This document shows, in pieces, positions 47,012 through 57,780 of a stretch of 64,000 nucleotides of DNA. The DNA lies in contig CAWKBC010000027.1 in assembly GCA_963847705.1 (NCBI GenBank), positions 416,001 to 480,000 of the forward strand, read 5' to 3'. The notes below the pieces were generated by a model. It had not been told where the DNA came from. It saw nothing but the letters and a program-made list of their open reading frames with translations, and did no database searches. Numbering within the stretch: position 1 is the first letter of the stretch; each line of letters opens with the position of its first letter. A program made the translations under genes and the position numbers. The DNA is from an uncultured Pseudomonadota bacterium (GTDB lineage: Bacteria > Myxococcota_A > Polyangia > Fen-1088).

Positions 47012-48876
47012 TTGGGTCTCCTTGAACGTCCCATCTTGGCCGCGGAGCTGGCCGCCCCGGAGGAGAGTGCCGGGTACGCCGGCGCGATCGCCGAGATCGT
47101 GGAGCGTCAGCTCGTCACGTCGCACTTCCAACCGATCCTGGATCTGCACCACGGCACTGTGATGGCCTGGGAGGTCCTCTCGCGGGGCCCGGAGCCGTTC
47201 TCGGCGCCGACCGAGCTGTTCGCCGCGGCGGAGCAAAAGGGGCTCGGGCCCCAGCTCGAGTACGCCTGTCGCCACGTGGCGCTCCGGACCATCGCGGGAT
47301 TCCCGCCGCCGCTCCGGTCGCGCTCGTTCTTCATCAACGTCAGCCCGAACGCCATCGGCGATCCGCGCCTGTTGAATGGACACATGCAGGCGGAGCTGAC
47401 GGAGCTCGGCCTCGACCAGCGGAACTTCGTCATCGAGATCACCGAGCGCGAGTCGATCGGCGACTACGGGGCGTTCGAGCGCCAGATTCGCCACTACGTC
47501 GAGCACGGGTTCCGGATCGCGCTCGACGACCTGGGGGCCGGCCATTCGGGCCTCGTCACGCTGGTCACCTGCTCGCCGCACTTCATGAAGCTGGACATGA
47601 CGCTGTCCCGCGACATTCACCGACATTCTTACAAACAGCACCTGGTGAAGTCGCTCATCGCCTTCGCGGCCAGCGTCGACGCGGCGCTGATCGCGGAGGG
47701 GGTCGAGACCTGGGAGGAGCTGGAGACGCTGGCGCGCCTCGGCGTCCGCTGGGCGCAGGGCTACCTGTTGGCCCGGCCGTCGAAGCTGCCTGGGGAGCCG
47801 CCCGCAGAGACGCTGGCGGAGCTGCGCCGGATCATGCGGCAGTTCAACTACCGCGAGTCTGACCTGAACGAGACGGTCGGCCCGCTGGTGATCCGCTGCG
47901 CGACGATCCACGAGCGGATGAAGCGCGGCGAGGACGTCGACTGGATCTTCCGCCGGGAGCCCTCCGTCGACCACCTGACGATCGTGCGCGGCGAACAGCC
48001 GGTGGGCCTGCTGACCCGGCAGCAGTACTACACGAAGACGGGTGGCCCGGTCGGCTACCACCTGTTCCAGTGGCGCCCGGCGGAGGAGCTGGCGCGCCCG
48101 GCGCCGCTCATCGTCGAGGACTCGATCAACGTCACGGCGCTGGCCAAGCTGGCCATGGAGCGGCCGCCGGACGAGCTGTACGACCCGGTGATCGTCACCG
48201 ACGCCGGCGGGCGCCTGATCGGCACCGTGACCATCCGCCAGCTCATCATGCGGTCGACCGCGCTGGAGGTGCAGTCGGCGCAGGGATCGAGCCCGCTGAC
48301 CGGATTGCCGGGCAACCGGAGCATCGAGCGCTGGATCCTGAACGCGCTCGACCAGCCGCGGGGATGCGTGCTCTACGCCGATCTCGATCGCTTCAAGGAA
48401 TACAACGACTGCTACGGCTTCCTGCGGGGGGACGAGATGATCCGCTGCGTGGCGCGTGTTCTGTCGCGGGCGCTCTCCGGCCTCGGCGGAGAGGCGCGTC
48501 TCGGACACATCGGCGGTGACGACTTCGTGATCGTCGTGCCCGAGGCGTCGATCCGGTGGCGGTACGCGCCATCTGCACGCAGTTCGACGCCGCCAAGGTG
48601 GAGCTGTTCGAGTCGGAGGACGTCAGACAGGGGAGCTTCCGCGCGGTCGACCGTCGCGGCCAGGAGGTCTCGGTCCCGCTCGTCACGCTGAGCGTGGCCG
48701 TGGTTCCGGTGGAGGCGGTGCAGAGCGCCGAGCACCCGGGGGCGCTGGTCCAGATGGCCGCCTCGCTCAAACGGAAGGTCAAGGAGATGACCACCTCCAG
48801 CCGAGCGAGCGGCTTCCTGTTCGAGCGCCGGGGCGTGCGTCCAGCTGGGGAGCGGTCGGATCGCTCTCGTCTCTAG
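47012..48876 (+). pseudogene. EAL-CBS-GGDEF c-di-GMP enzyme, frameshifted near 48545
   Basis: FQPI, EVL, EITE, ALDDLG, AEGVE, QGY; a CBS pair; PLTGLPGN, DLDRFK, GGDDF. The C-terminus continues in the 48556-48876 frame (LVTLSVAVV). Confidence 0.8.
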
Positions 48877-49103
48877 CGCTCGGCCTCCTTGCTGCCGACC
48901 ACGGTCAGGTTCAGCCCGATCTGGACGGAGAGCGGTTTGCCGTCGACGGTGATGGTGGTCTTGCCGTTGTGGTACCAGCCGAACGAGCCGGTGGAGAACT
49001 CGCGTTTGTCGGCGATGATCTCGACGTTGCCGATGGTGATCTTGACGGCTTCGGCCTTTTCGAGGAACTGCGTCTTGGAGATGGGGCAGGGTGATTTCGC
49101 CAT
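48873..49103 (-). CDS. Small hypothetical beta-rich protein (76 aa)
   Basis: Strong GC3 codon bias and protein-like composition (REFSTGSFGW). Confidence 0.7.
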   Translation of the reverse strand: MAKSPCPISKTQFLEKAEAVKITIGNVEIIADKREFSTGSFGWYHNGKTTITVDGKPLSVQIGLNLTVVGSKEAER

Positions 49104-49142
49104 GAGCGGACGGTATCACGCCGCCCGCGGTACCATCTGGCC

Positions 49143-50630
49143 GTGAGCGCCGAATCTCCCAACGTCCCAGATCAGGCGACCGACGACGTCGCGCTGCTGG
49201 GGCGCATGGGCTACGCGCAGGAGCTGCGCAGGCGGATGGGCGCGTTCTCGAACTTCGCCATCGCCTTCTCGACGATCTGCATCCTGGCGGGCGGCATCAC
49301 CTCGCTGCAGCTCGGGGTGAGCGCGGTTGGCGGCGCCGCGGCCGGCGTCGTGTGGCCGCTGGGCGTCGCGTTCTCGCTGGTCGTGGCGCTGGCGATGGCG
49401 CAGGTCGCCTCGGCGTTCCCCACCGCCGGCGGCCTCTACCACTGGAGCGCGATCCTGGGCGGCAAGGGATGGGGGTGGGCCACCGCCTGGTTCAACCTGG
49501 CGGGGCTGGTGTTCGTGACGGCGGCGGTGAACGTCGGCGCCTACGGCCTGTTCGTCGGCTTCATCGGGCCGATGCTGGGGCTCGATCCGACCAAGCTGGG
49601 GGTGGGGCATCAGATCGCCGGCGTGGCGCTCATCTCGGCGTCGCATGGGCTGCTCAACCACTTCGGCATCCGGCTGACCACGCTGCTGACCGATTTCAGC
49701 GGCTACCTGATCCTCGCCGTGGCGGCTCTGCTGACGCTGGCGATGTTTTCGCACACCCCTCACCCCGACTTCGGCCGCCTCCTCCGGTTCGAGAACCTGA
49801 GCGGCGCCGCGGGCGGCGACGTCTGGCCGGCGCACCCGGGCCTGCTGGCGATGACGCTGCTCGGGGTCATGTGGCCCGTCTACACGATCACCGGCTTCGA
49901 CGCCTCGGCCCACACCTCGGAGGAGACGGTCAACGCGGCGGTGAACGTCCCCCGGGGGATGCTCCGCTCGGTGGCGGTCTCCGGGATCTTCGGGTGGGTG
50001 ATGGTGGCGGCGTTCGTCCTGGCGCTCCCCAGCGTCGCCGACGGCGCCAGGCAGGGGGCGAACGTCTTCCCCTGGCTGATGACGTCGGTGCTGCCGGGCG
50101 CGGCGGGGAACGCGCTGTGGGTGGGGATCGTGACGGCGAACTACCTCTGCGGCCTGGCCTGCGTGACCTCGACCTCGCGGATGATGTACGCCTTCGCGCG
50201 CGACGGCGGGCTGCCCGGCTCGCGCGCGCTCAAGCGCGTCTCACCCAGGTGGAAGACGCCCGTCGCCGCCATCTGGACCACGGTGGCGCTGGCGTTCGCC
50301 TCGACGTTGTACACGCCGGCCTACACGACCCTCACCACGGCCTGCGTGATCTTTCTGTATCTGTCGTACGTGATGCCGGCGGCCGCCGGGCTTCGCGCGT
50401 ATGGCCGGAGCTGGAAGCGGATGGGCCCCTTCGATCTCGGCGGCCGGCTCTATCGCCTGGTGGCCGCTGTCTCGCTGGCGGGCGTCGTGCTGCTGGTCTG
50501 GATCGGCGTGCAACCGCCCAACGAGAAGGCGCTCACCGCGACGCTGGCGGCGGTGGCCCTGCTCGCCGCCGCCTGGTGGCTGGGCGTCCGAGGGCGGTTC
50601 GAGGGACCGCCCTCGATGCCGGTCGACTGA
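49143..50630 (+). CDS. APC-family amino acid permease
   Basis: MGYAQELRR, FSNFAI, PTAGGLYHW, GFDASAHTSEET, SRMMYAFARD. Confidence 0.9.
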   Translation: MSAESPNVPDQATDDVALLGRMGYAQELRRRMGAFSNFAIAFSTICILAGGITSLQLGVSAVGGAAAGVVWPLGVAFSLVVALAMAQVASAFPTAGGLYHWSAILGGKGWGWATAWFNLAGLVFVTAAVNVGAYGLFVGFIGPMLGLDPTKLGVGHQIAGVALISASHGLLNHFGIRLTTLLTDFSGYLILAVAALLTLAMFSHTPHPDFGRLLRFENLSGAAGGDVWPAHPGLLAMTLLGVMWPVYTITGFDASAHTSEETVNAAVNVPRGMLRSVAVSGIFGWVMVAAFVLALPSVADGARQGANVFPWLMTSVLPGAAGNALWVGIVTANYLCGLACVTSTSRMMYAFARDGGLPGSRALKRVSPRWKTPVAAIWTTVALAFASTLYTPAYTTLTTACVIFLYLSYVMPAAAGLRAYGRSWKRMGPFDLGGRLYRLVAAVSLAGVVLLVWIGVQPPNEKALTATLAAVALLAAAWWLGVRGRFEGPPSMPVD

Positions 50631-50640
50631 CCGCGCGCGG

Positions 50641-52876
50641 TCAGATCTGGAGACCCAGCAGAAAGCCGGGGTAGAGCCGCACGGTCGTCGCGCCGTCGTG
50701 GTAGCTGCTCCCCCAGCCAGCGCCGAGGCCGTCGAAGTCGCGGCCATCGGTTCCCACCATCACGTTGACCCCGGCACCGATGAGGACCGAGACCTGCGGC
50801 AACACCGCCAGCGCCAGCGTGGCCCGCAGGGTGTCGAGCATGACGCCGCCGCCGGTCGACAGGTCAGGCACGAGGTTGCTGGTGACCGCCTCGATGTCGA
50901 GGTGATGCAGCGGTCCGTACCCGATCGGTTGCCGCCAGCCGAGGCCGCCGCCATAGCCCCAGCGCTGGCTGCCCCGCGCGAGCTGGATCGGCCCCGCGGC
51001 GATCGCGTCGCCCGGCTGGAACGAGAACGAGAACGTGGTGTAGAGGTGCCGGCCGCCCAGCTGGAGCGCGACGTTCGAGAAGAGGGCGTCGGTCCCGTAG
51101 ACCGACAGGCCATGAATTCCGTTGCCGATCAGGTTCAAGATGGCGAACGACTCGCCGTCGTCGTGGGCGGCGACGTTGATGACGCCGAACTGGAAGCCGT
51201 GCGCCTCGTGCGCCACGTTCACGACGCCCAGGCGAAAACCGTCGGCGGCGCTGGCCACGTTGACGACGCCGATCTGCGCTCCGTGAAACGTGCGCGCCAC
51301 GTTGGCGCCACCCGTGAGCTGCAGCCCCGACCCCTCGTCGGCCAGGTTGAGCCCGCCGGCCGTCTGCAGGCCGTGAAATCGTCCCGTCGTGACGTTCACC
51401 CCCCCGGCGGTCTGCCAGCCGTGGAAATCACCGTCGACGACGTTGGCGCCGGCCGCGACCTGCACGCCATGGCCGTCGCGGCCGGCGACGTTGGCGCCGG
51501 CCGCGATCTGCGCCCCCGAGGTGAGGCTTCCGGCGACGTTCACCCCGGCCGTGGTCTGGAGGCCGCGAAAGGCGCCGTCGATCTGGTTGTAGCCGAGCGA
51601 GAGCTGCGTGCCGCGCAGGCTGGCGGCGCGATCGGCGATGAACCCATAGGAGAATCCGACCACGTCGGTCCGGCCGTCGATGGAGCTGGGGATGAACCCC
51701 ATCTTGAAGCTGGTGGTCTCGTGGGGTTGTTCCGACGCCGTGACCTGGACGGTGGGCGCGCCGGAGGCCGTCGCGGTCGGGGCGTCGTTGTCGCCCCGCG
51801 CGACCGCCACCTCGAGCGGCGCCCCGGGATGAAACGCCGCGCCGGCCAGCGCGAGGTGTTCGCCCGCCGCCAGCGTCAGCTGCGCCTCCTTCACCGCGCC
51901 GCCGCTCTCGACGGCCACGACGTACGAGCCGGCCTCGAGACCGAGCTCCACGCTGCTGCCGGCCGGTTTGCGCAGCTCCGCGATGAGCGCGCCGCCCGCC
52001 TCGCGCACGCTGATGCGACCGCTGAGCTCGGGCGCCAGCACCAGACCGGCTTGCGTGGTGCGCACGTCGGTCACCACCATGTCGCCGGTCCCCGTCAGAT
52101 CGAATTCGTAGGCGGCGTGCTGGGGGCCGCCCTGCGTGCGCTCGGTGCGGGCCAGCGTCTCTTGCGCGGCGAACTGAAACGCCTCTTGCAAGGTGACCCG
52201 CCGGTCGCGGTTGGAATCGGCGGCGCCGCGCAGGCCGGAGACGAGGTAGTAGGTGAAGAACGAGGCCGCGATCCGGTCGGATTCCTGGGCCACCTCGTTG
52301 GCCGCGCTGGAGGTGAGGAACGCGTGCCCATGCGTGTCGATCGAGGCGTCGAGCAGGAAGGGCGCCCGGCGGGCGCCCCCCTTGTGGCGGGTGAAGGCGC
52401 CGGATTCGCAGGAGTCCAGGATGGCCAGGCTCAGGTCGGCGGGGGCCTCGTGAATGAAGGCGCGCAGCTCCTGGTAGGAGATTCGTTCGTCCCCGAGCAA
52501 GAGGCCCTCCTCGTCGGAGTGACCCGAATAGTAGAAGACGAGCTCGCGGCGGACGCCGCGGCTCTGCTCGGCGCGCAGCATGCGCTCGACCGCCGCGAAG
52601 CCGTCCTGTAGCGCGCGGCGGCTCCCGTCGGCGACGAAGATCGAGATCGCCGGGCGCCACGCCGCCCAGGCTCTCCAGCACGCGCGCCATCGCGTGCGCG
52701 TCGCTGGCTGCATAGCGCAGGCGCGCGCGGGCCGGGCCGCCGTCGTTGACGCCGACGAGCAGCGCGAAGCGGCGCAGGCGGACCGAGCCCGTCGGTTCGC
52801 CCGCCCGCGCCCGGGGCGCCGCCGCCAGCAGCGACAGGCCGAAAGCCAGCAGCGCCATCGAGGCACGGATCTTCAT
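50641..52876 (-). pseudogene. Secreted caspase-family (peptidase C14) protein with Gly-rich repeats and barrel-like C-terminus, frameshifted near 52644
   Basis: ATG at 52876 reads MKIRASMALL...RFALLVGVNDGG...LRYA..DA. After the shift come YYSGHS (His) and LDSCES (Cys), then G.Q.AxG.N repeats. Confidence 0.82.
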
Positions 52877-53679
52877 CGGGTCTTCTCCAGGGCCAGGGAA
52901 ACCTGGCTGAAATGCGGGGGGAGCGGCAGCGGCGCGCGGCGCGCGGCCCGCGTCGACAGCGCGCGCGCCGCCTCGAGAACCGGCGCGACGTCGAAGGAGG
53001 CGTCGGCGCGCACCAGGAAGAAGCGTTCGAAGGCCGGGGCGCTGTCGAGCTCGTAGGCCGAAGGGAGCCGCACCTCGCCGCCGACGCGCAAGGGGACCGC
53101 GCGGGTGCGGCCCGGCTCGGGCCAGTGCTGGGTGACGGTTCCGGCGCCGTCGATCGAGAGCAGCACGCCGAACCCCTCCGCGGTGGTCGCGTAGGCGAGC
53201 TGCAGCAGATCTCCCGGGGCAGCCCGCTCCCCGTCGGCCAGCCGCTCGTCGCCCGCGCTCGCGTGCCGGTAGACGTAGAGGCGCGCGCCGGCGGTCGGGA
53301 CTGTCCCCTTGATCGTCGTCGGCTCGGAGACCGGCAGGGGCGCGGCCGGCGGCGCCGTCAGCGGATGGCGCGCCGCCAGGACGACGGCCAGCGCGCCGGC
53401 CGTGGCCAAGGTCGCGCCTGCGAAGCTCGCCCGGACCATGCCCGACCTCCGGCGCGCGGGCGGTGCCGCGCGCCGCCGCACCTCGGCCGCGACCGACGCC
53501 GGGGGGTGCGCCGCCAGCGTCTCCCGATCGGCCAGCAGCAGCGCCGCGATCACGTCGTCGGGCGAGCGCCCCTCGGCCTCGAGCCGCGCCCGCACCGCGG
53601 CGGCTTCCTGGCCCTCGAGCTCGCCCTGGGCCAGCCGCTCGAGCAACCAAACAGGCGTCCTGGGCTCACGCGCGGTCAT
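52873..53679 (-). CDS. Anti-sigma-like membrane protein with C-terminal DUF4384-like domain
   Basis: WLLERLAQGEL N-terminus, one TM, IKG, GDLLQLAY, LSIDGAG, AYELD.AP.FERF. Translationally coupled to both neighbours. Confidence 0.7.
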   Translation of the reverse strand: MTAREPRTPVWLLERLAQGELEGQEAAAVRARLEAEGRSPDDVIAALLLADRETLAAHPPASVAAEVRRRAAPPARRRSGMVRASFAGATLATAGALAVVLAARHPLTAPPAAPLPVSEPTTIKGTVPTAGARLYVYRHASAGDERLADGERAAPGDLLQLAYATTAEGFGVLLSIDGAGTVTQHWPEPGRTRAVPLRVGGEVRLPSAYELDSAPAFERFFLVRADASFDVAPVLEAARALSTRAARRAPLPLPPHFSQVSLALEKTR

Positions 53680-54172
53680 CGCTCACTCCTTCCAGAGCGG
53701 CCAGCCGCTCCCGCAGTCGTCGCAGGCGCTTGCGCACGCCCGACACCGACAGCCGCGCCTCGCGCGCCGTCTCCTCGAGCGTGAGCCCATCGCAAAGGTG
53801 CATGACCGCCAGGGTGGCGGTCGACGCTGCCAGCGGATCGTCGGCGCCGAACAGCCTTCCCAGCAGGTTGCGCGCGGAGGCCCGCGTCTCGTCGGTCTCC
53901 GCCGTGGTGGCGATCCGGCCGAGCAGGTCGTCGCTGGCCTCCTCGGGATGCCGTCGTATGGCGCGCAACCGGTTCAGGCAGACGTTGGTGGCGACGCGCA
54001 GCAGCAGCCCGGCGGGCGCCTCCTCGCGCAGCCGATCCTCCGCGCGCAAGACGGCAACGAAGACGTCGTGCATGGCGTCCTCGGCCTGCGCGTCGTCGCG
54101 CAGCAGCCTCCGGCAGCGACGCAGGACCATCGGTCCGAAACGCCGGTAATGCTCTTCGATGTCGAGCGCCAA
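53666..54172 (-). CDS. ECF sigma factor
   Basis: AEDAMHDVF, ATNVCLNRLR (region 2) and DGLTLEETA...SVSGVRKRL (region 4). Confidence 0.88.
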   Translation of the reverse strand: MALDIEEHYRRFGPMVLRRCRRLLRDDAQAEDAMHDVFVAVLRAEDRLREEAPAGLLLRVATNVCLNRLRAIRRHPEEASDDLLGRIATTAETDETRASARNLLGRLFGADDPLAASTATLAVMHLCDGLTLEETAREARLSVSGVRKRLRRLRERLAALEGVSDDRA

Positions 54173-54284
54173 GGTCGGATGCCTCCCTCATGCACCCGAG
54201 AACACCGGGCGCTGGCGGAAGTGTCACCGCTTGGCCCAAGAAAATCAGCCTGAACCGCCGCTCGGCGGCGGGCCGATGGGGGGG

Positions 54285-56270
54285 TTACCCCGGGCCGGTG
54301 AGGAAGTACTTCGCCCACTGGGCGATGTGGTTCGAGGTCGTGATGTCCTGGAACGGGAGGCAGAAGGCCGTGTAGCTCGGATCGCCCCCGCCGACGCTGG
54401 GGATGATCCCGACCATCCAGACCAGCGTTCCGATCTTGGTCTCGTCGCTGCTGGCCGACGAGGCGGGCGGCGCGCGCAGGCCGTATTGCCGCGTCGAGGA
54501 GAAGGTCAACCAGACCAGCTGCTGCTGCTCGGTGAGCTGTTCGACGAAGGGGGACCACTTGGGGAACGAGTTGGTGAGCGCGGTCGCCCCCATGTCGGCG
54601 ACGCCGGGGCTGTTGGCGTTGCTGAGCGGGATCGGCGCGCTGCCGCCGCTGGAGATCGAGGTCAGGAACATGGTCGCTGTCGCGTCGGTGTCGGCGTCGC
54701 ACGACTTGTCCGGCGCCAGGCCCGCCGCCGCCGGGACGGTGGTGCAGGTCGATTCGTCGTAGACCACCAGATCCCCGTCGGGCGCCAGCGCCGGGTAGTA
54801 GCGGTTCTTCCCCAGCACCGAGGGGACCAGCGTCTGCGGCGCCCCCCAGGCGGTGCCGTCGTACTGCACGTAGTCGATGCCGCCGGTGGCGGGGCGCTGA
54901 TCGCTGGTGGCGGCGGTGGGGTCGGCCGAGGTGAACACGATCGTGTTCGGCGCGTCGGTGCTCTTCGACCAATCGGGGTGATCACCGCGCAGGCCTCCGA
55001 GCGCGATCGTCGAGGTGACCATGCCGGTCATCCCGTCGAAGAGCGTCAGGTCGACCGGACCGGCCTTGGCGTACCGTGTGGTGCTCGGGTTGTCGCCGTA
55101 CACGCCGACGAACTGGCTCCCGTCGCTGTTCCAGGACTCGAACTGGCTGCGCTGGGTGAGCGGGTAGGGCTGCAGCGCCTTGTTGTTGGCGATGTCCCAC
55201 AGGAGGAGGCGCCCGTCGCCCTGGCCGTTGGCGCTGACCACCATCTTGCTGCCGTCGGGCGCCAGCGCGTGGCAGCCGATGCACGAGGTGACGCCGGTGT
55301 TGGCCGGGGTCAGGTAGGCCTGCGCCGACTGCGTGCTGCCGGAGAAGTCCCAGCGCATGATCGCGCTCGAGCCGCTGGTGGTCCAGTAGTAGAGCGCGCC
55401 GTCGATGTTGTCCTTGGAGAACTGCAGGTGGAAGGGGGTGCTGTCGCCGACGGAAGAGCCGGCGTCGTCGGTCCCCCGCACGACGAGCGAGACCGCACCC
55501 TGCCCGGCGTTGGCGGAGGAGATCGCCGTCCAGAGCCCGGGGTCGGGCTGGTAGAGGCAGCCGGTTCCCAGCGCCACACAGCGCACGAACGCGTTGACGG
55601 TGGCGTACTGGCCCGAGAGGCTCACCTCGAACAGCGTGTTGTTGGCGCCCGGGTTGAAGTGGATCTCGATGCCCGTGATGTTGGGCGGGAACAGCACGCC
55701 GTCATTCGGGTAGACGAGCGAGGGCGAGCGCGTGGTGTCGTTGTCGGTGGTGCTGAAAATCGACGACGGATCGTTGGTGATGCTGCCGGTCATCCCCGGG
55801 TCGGTTCCGGTGAAGGTGTAATAGACGGTCAGCGTCGCGGACGTGCTCACGGCGCCCGAGCTGGCGGTCACCGTCACCACGCCGCCTCTGGTCCCCGTGC
55901 TGGTCGCCAGGCCGTTCTTGTCGATCGTGACGACGCCGGTCGGTGAGACCTCGTAGAGGACCTCGGTCGTCAAATCCACCGTCTGGCCGTTGACCTGACC
56001 GGAGACGGAGTATTGCTGCGTCTGGGCCGGGGCGCTGTTGGTGACCGTCATCGTGGCGGTGGTGGGCGTGATGGTCAGCGAGGACGCTCCCGTCCTCGGC
56101 GACCCGCCGGTCCCGCCTCCGGTCCCGAGGCCGCCGTCGAGCGAGGTCGTGCCTCCGGTGCCCGTGGTCGGCTGGGCAGGCGACGGTTTGAACCCGCAGC
56201 CAACCGCGGCCGAGGCCGCGATCGCCACGAGCGCCACACGAAGAACGTTGCGGAGGAGGTCGTTGCGCAT
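54285..56270 (-). CDS. Lipoprotein with Ig-like and TolB-like beta-propeller domains
   Basis: Lipobox AVGC. LYYWTTS, CIGCH, HPDWS, YYPALAPDG, SFPKWSP, LTFSSTR.YG. Confidence 0.75.
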   Translation of the reverse strand: MRNDLLRNVLRVALVAIAASAAVGCGFKPSPAQPTTGTGGTTSLDGGLGTGGGTGGSPRTGASSLTITPTTATMTVTNSAPAQTQQYSVSGQVNGQTVDLTTEVLYEVSPTGVVTIDKNGLATSTGTRGGVVTVTASSGAVSTSATLTVYYTFTGTDPGMTGSITNDPSSIFSTTDNDTTRSPSLVYPNDGVLFPPNITGIEIHFNPGANNTLFEVSLSGQYATVNAFVRCVALGTGCLYQPDPGLWTAISSANAGQGAVSLVVRGTDDAGSSVGDSTPFHLQFSKDNIDGALYYWTTSGSSAIMRWDFSGSTQSAQAYLTPANTGVTSCIGCHALAPDGSKMVVSANGQGDGRLLLWDIANNKALQPYPLTQRSQFESWNSDGSQFVGVYGDNPSTTRYAKAGPVDLTLFDGMTGMVTSTIALGGLRGDHPDWSKSTDAPNTIVFTSADPTAATSDQRPATGGIDYVQYDGTAWGAPQTLVPSVLGKNRYYPALAPDGDLVVYDESTCTTVPAAAGLAPDKSCDADTDATATMFLTSISSGGSAPIPLSNANSPGVADMGATALTNSFPKWSPFVEQLTEQQQLVWLTFSSTRQYGLRAPPASSASSDETKIGTLVWMVGIIPSVGGGDPSYTAFCLPFQDITTSNHIAQWAKYFLTGPG

Positions 56271-56331
56271 CGGGGGGCCTCGCATTTCTAGGCTTACGGG
56301 AGATCTTATTCCCGGTGGCGCCCCCGGTGGA

Positions 56332-57543
56332 TCAGTTTCGCGCGGGGCGCGCGTCCGATCGGGGGGGGCGTCCCGCGAACGGATGGTTTTCTACCACCTG
56401 GACGGGGGTTCGCGTAAGGCGCTCGATGGCCCGCAGGGAGCCGCGCTCCTCCGCGTCACAGAAGGAGAGGGCGATCCCGGAGGCGCCGGCCCGCGCCGTC
56501 CGGCCGATCCGGTGCACGTAGCTCTCTGGCTCGTTCGGCAGCTCGAAGTTGATGACGTGCGTGATCCCGTCGATGTCGACGCCGCGGGCGGCGATGTCGG
56601 TGGCGACCAGCACCCGCACCTGCCCCTGCTTGAAAGCCCCCAGCGCCCGTTGACGCGCCGCCTGGGACTTGTTTCCATGAATCGCGGCGGCGGTGACGCC
56701 CGAACGGTCGAGCTGCTCGGCGACCCGGTTGGCCCCGTGCTTGGTCCGGGTGAAGACCAGGACGCGTTTCATCGCCGGGTCGCGCAAGACCTCGGAGAGC
56801 AGCGCGCGCTTCTGGCTGCGGTCGACGTGCATGACCCACTGCGTGATGCCGTCAGCGGTGCTGGCCACCGGCGCCACCGAGAGCTGCACCGGGTCGACCA
56901 GGATCGAATTCGCCAGCTTCAGGATCTCGGTCGGCATGGTCGCCGAGAACATCAGGGTCTGACGCTTGCGCGGCAGCACCGCGATGATGCGCCGGATCGG
57001 ATCGATGAAGCCCATGTCCAGCATCCGGTCGGCCTCGTCGAGCACCAGCGTCTCGAGCGCGTCGAAGCGGGCGTGTCCCTGGCCCATGAGATCGATGAGT
57101 CGCCCGGGGGTGGCCACGATGACGTCGGTGTTGCGGCGGAACGCCTCGACCTGCGGGCCCTGGCCGACGCCACCGAAGACGACGGCGGTGCTGATCGACA
57201 GGTGGCGGCCGTAGGTCTGGAAGCTCTCGGCGATCTGGAGCGCCAGCTCGCGGGTGGGGGCGAGGATCAGCGCGCGCGGGCCGCGCCGCTCGGCGGCGCG
57301 CTTGGTGCGGGCCAGCCGGTCGAGGATCGGCAGCGCGAACGCGGCGGTCTTGCCGGTGCCGGTCTGCGCGCAGCCGAGCGCGTCACGCCCGGCCAGGAGG
57401 TGCGGGATGGCCTTCGACTGGATGGGGGTGGGCGTTTGGTAGCCGGCGCCGAGGATGGCGCGGCGCAGGGGATCGATGAGCCCGAGGGAATCGAATGATG
57501 CGACGACGGGAGCGGAAACGGGATCGGTCAACGTAGCGGTCAT
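56332..57543 (-). CDS. rhlE: DEAD-box RNA helicase (RhlE-like)
   Basis: [38 protein letters not shown]. Confidence 0.92.
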   Translation of the reverse strand: MTATLTDPVSAPVVASFDSLGLIDPLRRAILGAGYQTPTPIQSKAIPHLLAGRDALGCAQTGTGKTAAFALPILDRLARTKRAAERRGPRALILAPTRELALQIAESFQTYGRHLSISTAVVFGGVGQGPQVEAFRRNTDVIVATPGRLIDLMGQGHARFDALETLVLDEADRMLDMGFIDPIRRIIAVLPRKRQTLMFSATMPTEILKLANSILVDPVQLSVAPVASTADGITQWVMHVDRSQKRALLSEVLRDPAMKRVLVFTRTKHGANRVAEQLDRSGVTAAAIHGNKSQAARQRALGAFKQGQVRVLVATDIAARGVDIDGITHVINFELPNEPESYVHRIGRTARAGASGIALSFCDAEERGSLRAIERLTRTPVQVVENHPFAGRPPRSDARPARN

Positions 57544-57780
57544 AGAGATGTGGCGTTTTCTTCGAAGCAGCCGCCGCCGGATATGCGCCTCCGTCGAGAT
57601 CGACGGGACCAAGCGGGGTCTTCGGTTTTGAGTGCGTGCTGTCCGTGCGAACCCGTTCAGACAGCGACGCCGCCTACCGGTCCCTGGCGCGCTCCGCAGA
57701 GATTCGCGGAGGCAGGACAAAACTTATTGTTGAGGAAGGTGACCGACGGGACCATAAAAGTCAAGCAATGCGGCCGAGCC

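Noticed and set aside
48535-52660. Programmed ribosomal frameshifting at the two broken genes
   Set aside because: There is no slippery heptamer or homopolymer run at either site. Mutation or sequencing error is more likely.
50641-52866. ORF-track N-terminus MPRWRCWLS... for the caspase-like protein
   Set aside because: The real N-terminus (signal peptide and first caspase strand) is in another frame starting at 52876.
55265-55285. CIGCH as evidence that the TolB-like lipoprotein is a cytochrome c
   Set aside because: It is a single motif inside a Cys-rich secreted propeller protein, which is insufficient support for heme binding.
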